Shown here one piece after another: positions 24,558 to 38,194 of a stretch of DNA of 64,000 bases. The notes below the pieces were generated by a model. That model was not told where the DNA came from. It made no database searches and saw only the letters and a list, made by a program, of their open reading frames with translations. Source of the DNA: Laetmonice hystrix (lineage: Eukaryota); the NCBI GenBank assembly GCA_965235115.1, contig OZ249437.1, forward strand, positions 15,438,001 through 15,502,000. The letters run 5' to 3'. Made by a program: the position numbers and the translations under genes. Each line of letters starts with the position of its first letter. Position 1 is the first letter of the stretch.

Positions 24558-25533
24558 CGGGAAGGAGTATACATAGTACACGTATTGTTGGTGCTGCTTT
24601 TTTTAGAATTTGTGCGAGAGAGAGCAGCCGTTGTAACCGTTAGACAGTTTTGAAATAGCGTCATTCGTAGAATTGCCTGCAGCACGAGGACAAGATCGGT
24701 CATGGAATCCATATTGGCATTTAGAGAAAGGTTGAAAGGCAATACTGGCAAATCTAAAAACTGAAATCAATTTTCCTTTGAAAATTGGAATTGACCCCTA
24801 AAGGTGCTCTCACGCGCTACGATTTCGACTACGCTACGAACCTAGTCTAGTTCTCGTTTTATTGAAAGATGCCGTCAAAACTGCATGCATAGAAACCCGA
24901 AAGGTTAGTCAATGTTATTAGAGTATATTCTTTAAATACCTGGGTAAGAATCGCCGTAGAGGTCTCATGTGACAGATGTTATCTGAATCTGGCCGTATGT
25001 TGAGATATTGAAAGCCCCTCCGTGCTAAAAACCTGTAAAATCGACCCCCTGCCATATTAATCAGCTTAGTATCACATGTAAAACTCAATAAATTGAAGTG
25101 AGACCAACCAAATGTAATGTGAGAACGCTAGCTCAGCTGACTCCGTTGCGATCTAACGCTCTATCTTCAAACCGCTTGGCCAATTTAGATAACCGGTCAA
25201 CAGGGGAATTCCTTTATGCGCGCGCAGGTGATCTATTGCCGCTATCCTTTTTTCTTTCTGTTGGATACATCGATTTTCGTCGCTTAAAAGCCCGTTTCCT
25301 CGGAGGCATATTTGCAAAGCAAGCGTATGATCAAATATGGTGGAGAGATACCGAAAGTTAGCATGGGATTTCCCAGAACTTGGGAGTATTATATAGGATG
25401 TTGTAAGTCATTTGCAGCGCCACTTTACAGTGTGTCTTTACATATGTCAATGGGTTGCTATCGGTGACAGGTAAGTGTTTTATTTTCGAAGTTACGTGCG
25501 GTGTAATTTTAACGTCAATGTCAAAGTTTTCGG

Positions 25534-26410
25534 ACCCCTATAAATGGGACCAGTGGGCAGTGGTTGCTGTCAATCTATACATACCCCCGATAAATGGGAC
25601 CAGTGGGCAGTGGTTGCTGTCAATCTATACATACCCCCTATAAATGGGACCAGTGGGCAGTGGTTGCTGTCAATCTATACATACCTCCTATAAATGGGAC
25701 CAGTGGGCAGTGGGTGGTGTCAATCTATAACTACCCCCTATAAATGGAGTCAGTGGGCAGTGCGTGTTGTCAATCTATACATACCCCCTATAAATGGGAC
25801 CAGTAGGCAGTGCGTGTTGTCAATCTATACATACCCCCTATAAATGGGACCAGTGGGCAGTGGTTGCTGTCAATCTATACATACCCCCGATAAATGGGAC
25901 CAGTGGGCAGTGGGTGGTGTCAATCTATAACTACCCCCTATAAATGGGACCAGTGGGCAGTGGTTGCTGTCAATCTATACATACCCCCTATAAATGGGAC
26001 CAGTGGGCAGTGGGTGCTGTCAATCTATACATACCCCCGATAAATGGGACCAGTGGGCAGTGGTTGCTGTCAATCTATAACTACCCCCTATAAATGGGAC
26101 CAGTAGGCAGTGCGTGTTGTCAATCTATACATACCCCCTATAAATGGGACCAGTGGGCAGTGGTTGCTGTCAATCTATAACTACCCCCTATAAATGGGAC
26201 CAGTAGGCAGTGCGTGTTGTCAATCTATACATACCCCCTATAAATGGGACCAGTGGGCAGTGGGTGCTGTCAATCTATAACTACCCCTATAAATGGGGCC
26301 AGTGGGCAGTGCGTGTTGTCAATCTATACATACCCCCTATAAATGGGACCAGTAGGCAGTGCGTGTTGTCAATCTATACATACCCCCTATAAATGGGACC
26401 AGTGGGCAGT
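25534..26410. repeat. Minisatellite, 50-bp unit (ACCCCCTATAAATGGGACCAGTGGGCAGTGGTTGCTGTCAATCTATACAT), about 17 copies
   Basis: Direct tandem repeats. Confidence 0.95.
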
Positions 26411-28940
26411 ATATAAATGAGACTCACTCCAACCGGTAGGGTGTTATTTGCTTAAAACAAGATCCATCGCTCCTTAATTGCTTTATCTTTAAACCAATCA
26501 AAATGTCGCACATATTTATCGGGATTATGACTCGTCCAGACAGGTAGCACATTATAATGTGGCACACAACGGGCCGTTCGGGGACAATCAAACACTCTCG
26601 TCATCACTTCCTCCGAGTCTCATAAATAACGACGCCAGTAATAAAACTGTTAGCAAACCGGTTGATGCCGATAGTTGCGGGACTGCTCAGCACTGGCAGA
26701 CTGTAGGCCCCCGACATGATATGAGATTAACAATAACTTTAAAAAATATATTATCAAGGAAATAATCAAATCAACTTTACAAGTAAACTAAAAGTCGTTT
26801 TTCTCTGTCTCCGTTAAATATAATATTAAACGATAAGGTCATGGTTAGATCACTCCTTGTACTGCGTACTTTATAAGTGTGCTGTCAACCCTCCCGTTAC
26901 ATGAACAATTTGTTTCCAAGGAGGCCTGCTGTGACAAGGTGAGCAATACTTCCCGAACGTCCGCCGCCTCAGTTGTCAACATATTAACCCGGTTTGTACA
27001 AAGTAGGCAGGCGACCTTTCTCTCGGTTTCCCAGCATCAGGTAAGGGGCGGACCGATGGATACCCCTTGGCGGTTATTGATGAATTTAGTAATTTTCTTT
27101 TTAGTAATTTATTAATTAATTTATTTTATCTATTTATTGTTGTTTCATTTATTTATTTTTCATTTATTCATTTTTTTCTATATTTTAATTTTTTCACTTT
27201 TTTACAAGTTGCTCAGCAAATCTTTGTGTTCTCACCTCAGATAACAAAATACAAATCCACAAGGGAAAAAAGACTTGTCTGGAAATGAACAGTTTGCGTC
27301 CGGTCCGCTCCTGTCATAGTTGGTTTACACCGATAACAAAACAAAAGAATTGGACAAACAGTTCATCACAAATAGATGTATATGTCATGCAGGTCCATAA
27401 GGTACCGTTGACAATTTAAGGGCTGTGTGTGTGGAGTCGTTCTGCGTTTTGAAGGTTTAAACAAGAAATTAGCCCCACATGTTCCTCAAGGGGAGATGAG
27501 TGTTAAATCCCGTGCTACAGGATTTCTTAGCAGTTCTACTTTTATCAAATATATTCTACATCCTTTTATATATTTCATCTATATGGGGATTCGTAACTCT
27601 CGCCGACAAGGACTTTGTACGGCGCCTAATGTTATAAAATATCTATCCACACCTGTACATGGACCGACTGGATGCAAGGACTATAACTCGAGGAAATAAC
27701 ACTTTAGCAAACATAATTTGACCACCACTTTTGCTTTCTGCAAATGACCAGGTCTCCGTAGGATGACAACAAATTGCATCCGTAATTAAAGCTCTACCTG
27801 AAATTTTGTCTTATTTGTCATTAGGAGTCTAATTTTGAAATCGGGGATGGCTTTGAGCAGACTAATCTAATGAGATTAGTTAATTCGAGGCTGTCTGGAA
27901 CTAATGTCTGCACATTGCATTTCCCCTCGGGGGTGTCCCCACACTTTTCATTTTAATGAAATTAATAAATGAAATTCTTGTCTATATTCTTCACCCTCTT
28001 CCTTTCGTTTGTTAGGGCCGATTTATACCAGCAGTGGAAGGAACGTGTGTAAAGTTGAGTGTGACTAATAAATCTGCCCCTGGCACCATGTGACCGGAGA
28101 CACGTCAACTTTACAGACTATTCATGATGAACAGGGGGGGAAAATCTAAACTATCCAAGCAATGAAACTGGTCTTTCTTGAAGTATGAATATAACTGAGA
28201 ACTGCTGTCTCAAATAAATTCATCACTTTAATGGTATCTGTAAGATGGCTTCATTTGATACGCTCACAACGGACACTCCACGATAATACATTGGGAGATA
28301 GAAATCGAATATCACCACCACCACAGAACAATGTGAACAATTATTGTTCATCAAACTACATAAAAAAAAGTTTGTTCCATAAACGATAATGTGGTACGGC
28401 CCAGAGGCTTCCTAGATTTGTAAGACACTAGTGTTTGTGAGCCATCAGTATGAAACCAACTAATGGTTGAACATCATAAACAGGATGTGGCTTCAAGTAA
28501 CACGCTGATACAATAAGCCATGTTGGTATCTTGCCTCCCTCAGCGTTCATAAAGTATGATCTAGCATGTCTAGCCTGCTAGGTTGACGAAGATTGAGGAT
28601 TATCTATTATATATTTTTTATCCAGTTTTTGCGTCCTCTAGGTTCCCTTTTTCAGTTGAAAAGGGGAACAGCTGAAACCTCGGCCGCCTCAGACCTTACA
28701 CATGCAGGCAAGCCAGAGACCTACCTTGGCTTGGGCGCACGGCTGGTGTCAGAACGCAGATATCGACGGAGACCCGTTCCTGCCGAGAGGGAGCTTCACT
28801 TGTATCATTTTTGTCAGAGTGAAAATTTGTCACGTAATGATTATTCGACGATCCCATTTAATTACATGGCGGCTTTCGTTAATTTATATGGTGGCGGCAC
28901 TTAACGAAGTATGATACAAATCGCTGCTGTCAATCTGACT

Positions 28941-29689
28941 CTGACATAAAACAGTCACACTCCATTCTAACCCATGGCACGCATGACCTTGCGTAGATTC
29001 CAAGCATAAAGACCTGACATAAAACAGTCACACTCCATTCTAACCCATGGCACACATGACCTTGCGTAGATTCCAGGCTTATAAAGACCTGACATAAAAC
29101 AGTCACACTCCATTCTAACCCATGGCACGCATGACCTTGCGTAGATTCCAAGCATATAAAGACCTGACATAAAACAGTCACACTCCATTCTAACCCATGG
29201 CACACATGACCTTGCGTAGATTCCAAGCATATAAAGACCTGACATAAAACAGTCACACTCCATTCTAACCCATGGCACGCATGACCTTGCGTAGATTCCA
29301 GGCATATAAAGACCTGGAATAAAACAGTCACACTCCATTCTAACCCATGGCACGCATGACCTTGCGTAGATTCCAGGCATATGAAGACCTGACATAAAAC
29401 AGTCACACTCCATTCTAACCCATGGCACGCATGACCTTGCGTAGATTCCAAGCATATAAAGACCTGACATAAAACAGTCACACTCCATTCTAACCCATGG
29501 CACACATGACCTTGCGTAGATTCCAGGCATATGAAGACCTGACATAAAACAGTCACACTCCATTCTAACCCATGGCACGCATGACCTTGCGTAGATTCTA
29601 GACATATAAAGACCTGACATAAAACAGTCACACTCCATTCTAACCCATGACACGCATGATCTTGCGTAAATTCCAGGCATATAAAGACC
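28941..29689. repeat. Minisatellite, 75-bp unit, 10 copies
   Basis: GACCTGACATAAAACAGTCACACTCC... recurs every 75 bp (e.g. 29161 and 29236). Confidence 0.95.
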
Positions 29690-29711
29690 AATGTCCATAT
29701 AGACTATTGTC

Positions 29712-29858
29712 ATTGCGACGTCCCTGCGTTTTTGACATCGCCGTTGTATTTTACTGTGATTTTGAGATTAAAGAATGGAAGCCAATTCCAGAAACAGGGA
29801 AGACCAGGCAAGAAAAATTACAGAGTGAAACTCCACCATTAGATCAAAAATCGCTTTA
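29712..29858 (+). mobile_element. Partial diverged copy of the 18576-18786 MITE
   Basis: Aligns with about 18608-18742 (TTTTACTGT..TTTTGAGATTAAAG..CAGAGTGAAA). Confidence 0.7.
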
Positions 29859-31846
29859 GCGGGCATGGGCTTTCATAGTGTCGTGATGTAAGCACCCTAG
29901 TGATGTTGAGGGAATGGGGTTTCCGTCATAAATCTGGCCTTCTCTCTGTGGAGTTCCTGCTGTTATGCGAGGCGAATGGGTGCAGTAATCTTGGGGCAGG
30001 GGTTCGATTCCAGTAGGGTCATATACAATATTCTATTTCCAGAAATTATGAAAGTGAACTCGGTAAGGCCTTTTATGCCCCTGCACAGTAGGGATAGAAA
30101 AACAAATCATTATTTACAAAATCGCTCACCCAGGTTTGCAATTTGAGGATTTTCTGTGGCTACCTCGTGTGTTCCTGCCACATAGGCCTACTCGTACTGA
30201 AAGGTCATAGGTAGATCTTCATATTATTAGACGTCATATTCCACACACAAAAACAACCAACTGTGAGCCTATCTTAAAACATCTGAGGCATCGAATCTCT
30301 ATCCTTATAAAAGAACAATTAGGTAAAGTAGAATCAATTGAAGCGGTCAACAGACGTTCTTACCTCCAATGAACGAGTTATCATCAAATTTGTTAGTTTC
30401 CCTCATTGTATTCACCAGATTGGAACATGTAAATTCGCCATGAGCACCCAGTGCAGGTCTAGGTGATAAGCGTCAAGCCCCATGAAATGCATCAGCCCTG
30501 TCACTCAGCCTGAGGAGCCTTGGTACTTACACTATTACCACCTCATCGTAACAAGCTCATTCAGCGAGCCTATTATGAGGCCAGGTCTATGCTGTGATCA
30601 GTTAGTCCTTCCAGTTGCAGTCGCTGAACGGCGCTGAGCACTTACTTCTCTTAACGCCCAGAGCTGTGCGGAACTCGCCGCTGTTAGTACAAGACCGCCT
30701 ACAAAGGTAATTTACCGACAAACCCTTTAGTGATACGTCCATCAATTTACATGGCATGACGGGAATGCCCCAAAAACAAGGCACGAACCTCTCAGAGTGT
30801 CCTCGGCAATGTAAGAAGGACTGATAATGACCTCGATAACGGCAGAGTAACGGACCGGCAGAGATCATAATGACCATTGAGGTGTAGGACCTAGACATCT
30901 CTCTCACATCAACTACCAGAAAGCAATATTAAACCTATGATACACAGATAATGTGAGGGCGGGGGAATCTTCGTTAACCGGTCGTACGTTAAAATCCTCA
31001 TTGAAAATACATTGGTTTTAACGACAATCTAACGACAGGCTCTGAAACTCCTGCCATTGAAAGCACTGATTGGTGAAGTTCTTATTAATCTGCTCAGAGT
31101 CGCATTTTATTGTAATCCTTTGGACCAGGGGTCATATAGGTCTCACGTACAATCTTCGGCACCCTACTATGAACCCCGCCAAAAGCGTGTGGGCAGCATA
31201 GACACTTTCGCCCCCCCCCCCCCCCCCATAAAGCTCAAATCAAATGGTGACAAACAAAGCCGATCTCCGCTGTTCACCCTGCTGCCCCCCCCCCCCCCCC
31301 CCGACTACATCACCCAATCCGCTGGCGGGGACCCAGACCCCTCCCGACCCCCCCCCCCCCCAAACGACGACCCAACCGGAAGATGTCCAAGGTACGAACC
31401 CGACCGGATAGGACCAACGATTTCCGACTTATGTTATTGTCTACAGTTTAAGGACGTAGATCTAGTTAAATTATTTAATCTTACGCAGCAATGATCTTTT
31501 AACAAAAAGTGTGTTTATGGCAGGGTTTGAGGACAGAGTTTGCTGTGGAGGCCCGGATAGACAATAGGCTCCTTTGAAAAGTTTGTTGAATGTTCCTTTT
31601 GGTGAGATTTGGAGAGAGGTGGATACTCTCCTTCCTCTAGTAGGGGTTCTTTGTAAAAAAAAAAAAAAAAAACCTTGGTCTCTTTCCGTCGAGTCCCGGA
31701 AAATAATAGGCTCCTTGGCTCTCCTCCTCTTCTTATGAAAATCCTGTGGATTGTTCGTCGAGACTTTTTTTTATCGTTGTTTTATTCATAAAAAATACAC
31801 GGCAGGGTGGACAGATATAGTCTGTGGACAGTAGTTCGCCTGGCGG

Positions 31847-31975
31847 CCAGTGACGTCATAATGGTAGGTTACTCACGGTAAACAGTTCATCTCGCAACCA
31901 GTGACGTCATAATAGTACTCACGGTAAACAGTTCGTCTGGCATCCAGTGACGTCATATTTTACTCACGGTAAACA
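31847..31975. repeat. Three-copy ~47-50 bp repeat, each copy with TGACGTCA and ACTCACGGTAAACA
   Basis: CCAGTGACGTCATA at about 31847, 31897 and 31944. Confidence 0.85.
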
Positions 31976-34900
31976 TCTGAGGCAGAAGTATCTAGTTGAA
32001 CCCCATTCGTTCCAAACGTGCGCATACATCTCCAAGATATTTCAACTCTTATCTTCTTCTTCCGAATGCCAGAAATATTTAATTTGGTACATCACCCGAT
32101 TCATACGATCATATCCTTGGCCGAACTGAATCAATTGGCATACAATTGACATACAATTGGGATGAAGTAGGTGTAGACGCCGAAAGGCCCGAGTAGAAAG
32201 TAGCAGACGCCTGTGAAGATCACAGACGGATCGTCTGTGCATCTTATTGATTGTGATCGAGCTTTGAAAGACGGCGTGTCAGACTCGATCGTTTCCTTTG
32301 TTATATCAGATGTAGAGCTGTGAAAGCGTCAATATGAGTGGTCTGACGCCATAATAAGCGTCAACAGGACCCCCTCCGGTCCGACACGTATATACGTATG
32401 ACGGAAACGGGCTCCTTAAGACCATAAAGAAGAAGATAATTCGCACAGGAAATTTAATAACTGTGGTCCCATATATATGTAGCATGTCGTCGACATGGAC
32501 AGCCTGGCTTGGTGTAATAGATAACATAGCTATATGTCGTAAGGCATAGATAAGACATGTCTTGGGGCATGGATAAGACGGCATCATGATTGATGCATTA
32601 TAGATTAGACAGTTATGCCTTGGTGCATAGATAGGAAAACTAGTTTCCTGACAGTAGTTTACACTTTGCGGAATTAATTAGAAATATCCTGTATCAAGTA
32701 GAGCTCCATCTATTTAGACTAATGCCCCCCCCCCCCCCCCCCGAATTGCATTGTATGACACATATAATAATCTTCTGAAAGGTTCAAAGCTTACAGACTC
32801 AAATATGGACATGTATGTCGCTTTGTGTGCCTGGGTCTGAAGCTGGATCATTTACCAGACTCTTTCAGCACCTTAACAATTTTTCTTAGCACATGAATGT
32901 GTTTTCAGCTGTCAGTGGTGACGTTTTAATCTTTTCTGTAATGTTTTTTTTTAATTTTTTTTTATAAGAAGACAGCTATTCTTCAAGCAAATAACCAGAA
33001 AAGTACGACGATTTGTTGTAAAATGTTTCTGTTGATAACTCCCCCGATAACTTACTTTGNNNNNNNNNNNNNNNNNNNNNNNNNNNNNNNNNNNNNNNNN
33101 NNNNNNNNNNNNNNNNNNNNNNNNNNNNNNNNNNNNNNNNNNNNNNNNNNNNNNNNNNNNNNNNNNNNNNNNNNNNNNNNNNNNNNNNNNNNNNNNNNNN
33201 NNGTAGGGACACGGTGTCTCGCACCGGCGTTTTGAGGACAATGCCATTTTTAGGGCAACTTTGATAAAAACACCACAGAATTATTCAAAATGCCTTTTTA
33301 TTTCAAGTTCGCTGTTTCGATTGTTCTTAATGTCTTAATTACTAAAAAGAGATTCAGGTTTGAGGGGACAAAAGCGAGTTGGTACTACTGGGGACGACCG
33401 CAACAACCAATCAAATTGCAGCTTACAAGGGTTTTGGGAAAGGTGCGAAAAACGTAGTGGCGACATCTAGAGTTCCGCCTTGAGAGGACAGTCCCTACAA
33501 GATTATCTCTCACCGGTGTTCACCATTTCATACGGAAATTGCCGTGTTACATTTAAGCTTAGGAGGCATTTTAAGGTTAAGGTCATTCACAGCGCTTCCC
33601 CAAGGATTTCAGAAAGGTAGGGTAATATGTCAAGGAAGGTGCATGTTTTGCCACCAACAAGTGCCTGCGGCAAAAAGGCAAGGTATGAAGTATTAGGGAA
33701 TTTAAAGTTTTCTATTCTTTCCCCTCCTGATATGAATGCGATGGATTCATACTCTGTACTGTTTGTAGACCTATAGATCTATAAACTCAAAGGATTACTT
33801 GAGTGGAACTGATTTATTTTTCTTTGACTGAGAAAAAAGACAACACGGCAGAACTGAGATGGTTTACGGATAAAGCTGCACCTCACGCCGGTGACTCTGT
33901 ACGTCAGTCAGTCAGTCAGTCACAGTCAACAGTTGTACCTGTACACAGTATAACACCGCCATACCTGCTTGGCTTTAGCATCTTGACTTAATTTGGACAG
34001 ACAGGACGGTGGAAATGGTGTCTTGATTAATATGAAATACTGTTCTACCTGGAAAACCTTCTGATGTTTAAGTCGGTATTCACTTATATTGCTTTGTGAT
34101 AAAGAACCCACTAAAATACAGCCATGTAGGCAATTGGTTTTGGAGGTGAGACCCTAATTTGTATATAAATGACTGTAACTATGTGGACCTTGACGCTGGG
34201 TGACGACTGTCGAATGCAGAACGTCGGTGTCACGTGCCTCATTGTCCATGTTGCCCTGATTTTATCATTTTTATTAATATCTTTTAATAAAATCAACTTG
34301 CAGGAAGAAACTATGGATGGCCACCCCATTTGTAGTCCCCCAGACGGGATCTACACCTCCAAGGCTTTGGTTGTCGCCTGTAAAATGTTTATATCTGACT
34401 GAAACAATGTGGTTGTGTTGGACAGCACTCTGGAGGTCCAGCTTGTCCTCCCCACTTTATAAAGCCACGAAACCACTGGTCACACGTACAGTGAACGGTC
34501 ACGTCTGAAAGTATCGCTTAGATAGACTCGGGTCTGTCTCCCATGAACTGGCTGATAGGTCAGAAGGAGCTTGCATGGGTCCACGTTCGGTCGTAGTCTG
34601 GCAACACGTGCTGGTGGTTCAAACACTGACAGTATGATGAGTACATAGTGTCCACTTGGAGCCGGGAGGGTGCAAGGCTGAGAAATGTGCGATACGACTC
34701 TTCTAAAGGGATGTAGCAATACAACCCGTTCCCCGTCAGTGGGTCTAGCTGTGGCATAGTTCCATATGGCGGCCATCATTGGGTTATCACGTGTTGTCTC
34801 AGACGCCAGATCTTCGAACGGTAGGAGGAACGTATAGATCTCGTCGACTAAGACCAAGTTCGCTTTTTCTTTTNNNNNNNNNNNNNNNNNNNNNNNNNNN

Positions 34901-36699
34901 NNNNNNNNNNNNNNNNNNNNNNNNNNNNNNNNNNNNNNNNNNNNNNNNNNNNNNNNNNNNNNNNNNNNNNNNNNNNNNNNNNNNNNNNNNNNNNNNNNNN
35001 NNNNNNNNNNNNNNNNNNNNNNNNNNNNNNNNNNNNNNNNNNNNNNNNNNNNNNNNNNTTAACCCCGATGGCACCCCGGAAGGGGTCTTTAGTTCAATCA
35101 CCTGAAAGAATCCATTGAGCCCCCGTCCGCTGTCTCCCGACCTTTAGAAATCTATTGCCAGTGGATGCGTTGACAAAAGAAAACCACTGTACCAAACTGT
35201 GCATAAAACTCTATTACTCTACTTTCCGTTTCGGAGCTAATGAAATCAAACATACCAGAAAAGAATACTTTTCCTGAGAATCGTCGTGTAGAATCTATAG
35301 CTTGACAAAGAAATTTGTTCCAGGGTGTTTGACTCAGCAGTACAAGTGATTAGGAGAGTTTGAGGAACTAATTAAATTAATGAACATCCTACATTGGGAT
35401 GCCAACCTTGCATATCCACAGGATGTAACACGTAGTTTACACGTAGGCATAAAAGCAATTTATTCTTATTTGGACTAAGGTGTGTCAATGCCCGAGAGAT
35501 ACATTGGCATCTGAAATATACCGATAATTATTTATGAGAATTAATTTGTATGTGTGCGTGGGCTCGTATGATATCCGAGGATTTCTCTAGTGGAGTTAGT
35601 GAAAGGATGTATTACATCCAGACTTATTCAACCAGCTGATATATTTCAGTCTCATAACGAGAGATCCTAAAAGCCTGAGTGTTTACTCTTGTCCCTGGAG
35701 AGAGAGAGAGAGCATGGCGCACTTGTAGCGTACACCCTTTGGGTCGATCTGTCTGTGTATTTCAGTGCAGTTATAAAAACCCTTTCAAGGTTTTCTGCGC
35801 CAATCGTGGCCATATCCATAAATTAGCAGGACTGAAATGTGCCTGAAAAACTGAAAGACTTTCTCCCAAATGAAAAGAGCGTCGTTAAAAATATCTCATA
35901 GCTGCCTACTTCACTCACCTCCCTTCCATCCACTCCTCCACGGCTTCTTACACATCAGCTGGGAGAGCGGCAATAAAAAGATCTCATGGCTGCCTACTTC
36001 ACTCGCTGCCCTCGCATTAACTACTTCACTGCTTTCTACACATCAACTCGTGTAAAACCTAACATTTGAGGCCAACAGAGCAGGATATCTCCATTCAATG
36101 TACCCATGACTATCCATCCTATCGAAGCTAAGCAGTTATACCCTTGAAATCTTTTCCATGCACTGATAGCTACCCTCACTGTGTTGGGACAGATGAAAAC
36201 GATGAGCCGTCCCTGGCAGGTGATCTGTACACTGTCGGAAGTGATTGCTATCGAGCCTCTCATTAAATTCCTGGTCTGATCCGGAGGTTTGATCGTCATT
36301 AACTTTACCACAAGATAATAATTAATCACCACCTACAGCTAAGAATTATACAATGTGTATAAGACATGTCTTGTCAGTGTTTGATGCATACGAGCACCGG
36401 CTTCAGTGCTGACTTAATACCTTAAGCTCTATCGCGGGGGTAGGGTATAAGAACCTTTGTCATTTGTTCAAGAAGAGTATAGGGCATTGACTCTGCGTGA
36501 CACGATGCCTCCTTCATCATCACCCCTTGGGACTCACGGGGTACAATTATATAATTATAAGATCTCGCCCAGCCTAAGCAGTTTTTAGAAGCAATATTGC
36601 CCCTATAATTTTGGCTGACAGTGCCTAAATCACCAACTCACTGACCTTTAGACATCACTTCAAAATAATAAATTGATAACCATAACAATTTTAATTTAG

Positions 36700-37176
36700 T
36701 GTTATGTTGTGAACATGGAAGGGAAGACAGACTTGTTGTGTGCTGAGGTTTTATTCGTCACGATAGACAGTCGCGTCGTGCGTTCTCGTCTCTGTCTATC
36801 TCTCTCTCTCTTTCTATTACATTGTTGTACTATATATACTAAAATGCTTATCATTAGTCAGGTGATTACAAATGGGTCCTCTCTGTAGTTGTTTGCATAA
36901 GGAAACGTATGTGGTCATGAAAGATTGGAGCTGACATGGTGTGCTTACATTACTGCGGGAGGTGTTCTATCTTTCCTTAGATGTAATGATTATGCTTCAT
37001 TACACAAGAGCTCGATTACATGACAGTGGTATGTGTGTTTGGACTTGTTCCTTTGATAGTGTGGTTATCTCTAACCATGACTGAGAACAAAGGTCTGATA
37101 ACAGTGTCCAGGCATGTCCATGTTATCTGGTTGGTAAGTATAGTCTGTTGTGTAAAGTTCAGATAAATATACCACA
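36700..37176 (-). repeat. 3' LTR (477 bp)
   Basis: Identical to 45670-46172 except for a 24-bp indel and one TC unit. Confidence 0.96.
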
Positions 37177-37195
37177 TGCTCTTGGTTTCAAGAAA
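37177..37195 (-). promoter_or_regulatory. Candidate polypurine tract abutting the 3' LTR
   Basis: Minus strand reads ...TTGAAACCAAGAGCA immediately before the LTR TG. Purine-rich but imperfect. Confidence 0.55.
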
Positions 37196-38083
37196 AATTT
37201 ATGATAGTGAATTATTTCCTAAAAGGAATTTGTGAACTCTTAAATTTTTATCATCAGTCCATCGGTTGATTAAATATACCACATGCTCTTGGTTTAGCAT
37301 TATGATCGTAAATATAATTGAGCATAAATCCGAACTCTAATTGATAAAGTCACTTAAAATGTGATTGCGATAATTGGCAAAACGTCTGCTGGCAAGAGTC
37401 ACTCAAGGTTTGGAGTTTATGAGTCACTTATAGTTCGGGTTTGAGGTCCACCGTTTTACATCACTCTGTCATCCATCTATGGACGATCCCTGGTGACTGG
37501 ACTTGATCGTGAAACAGTCTCTGAGAGTGGTCGTTATTATCGAGAAGTGTTACTTGCGACCTCTACCACGGGATGACTTTTCATCCATTCGCACTGATTA
37601 TTTTGGTGCATCTTAATAAAATGTTGACTGCGATGTCCGCAAAGTAAAGACGTTTCACACACTTGCAGCACCCTCTTTATCGTTGATGGCACGTTTGGAG
37701 GGTGTTATTAACCTCGGTACTTGCTGTAGTTTTACGGCTTGCGTTGCTGCGCCCTCAACTGTGGCCTTCTTGGTCGGTGTTTCTGGTAGGTGCGTTTGGT
37801 GTTTCCGACATACACCAAGGGATGCATCTGGGGATGGCGTTTGGTGTATGTTTATGCTGATGGACTTGGCCTTCGTTGCTGTCTGTCGTTAGCCAGGAAG
37901 TCCATCAGGTTGCGCTTGATCTTCGATGATGGTTTTTGTTTCCACCGTTGCGTTCGTTACAGCGTTACAAACTTCTTGTGGGTTTGCGCTGAACTGCTGC
38001 TTCGGTGAGCGGTTCTGCGGTGTCATTCTCAGCTTGTTTAATTTTCATTTCTGTCTTCTCCTTCCGGCTTCAGGATCTTTTGT

Positions 38084-38194
38084 TCAGTGACTGTCTTCTG
38101 CTTCTGTTTTTCGCTTGTCTCTGCATTTAGACTCAGACCACAAAGCATTGATACATGCAAACAATATGAACACCAGATGGCTGAGAGCGGTCAT
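38084..38194 (-). CDS. Candidate 36-aa hydrophobic/basic micro-ORF (MTALSHLVFILFACINALWSESKCRDKRKTEAEDSH) behind a splice acceptor
   Basis: TTGTTTCTGCAG acceptor 2 nt before the ATG; hydrophobic stretch followed by KCRDKRK. Expression unproven. Confidence 0.3.
   Translation of the reverse strand: MTALSHLVFILFACINALWSESKCRDKRKTEAEDSH

Noticed and set aside
28930-29713. Two ~250-aa Cys-rich ORFs on the minus strand
   Set aside because: Exact translations of the 75-bp tandem unit, open in two frames, with no start context or unique flanks.
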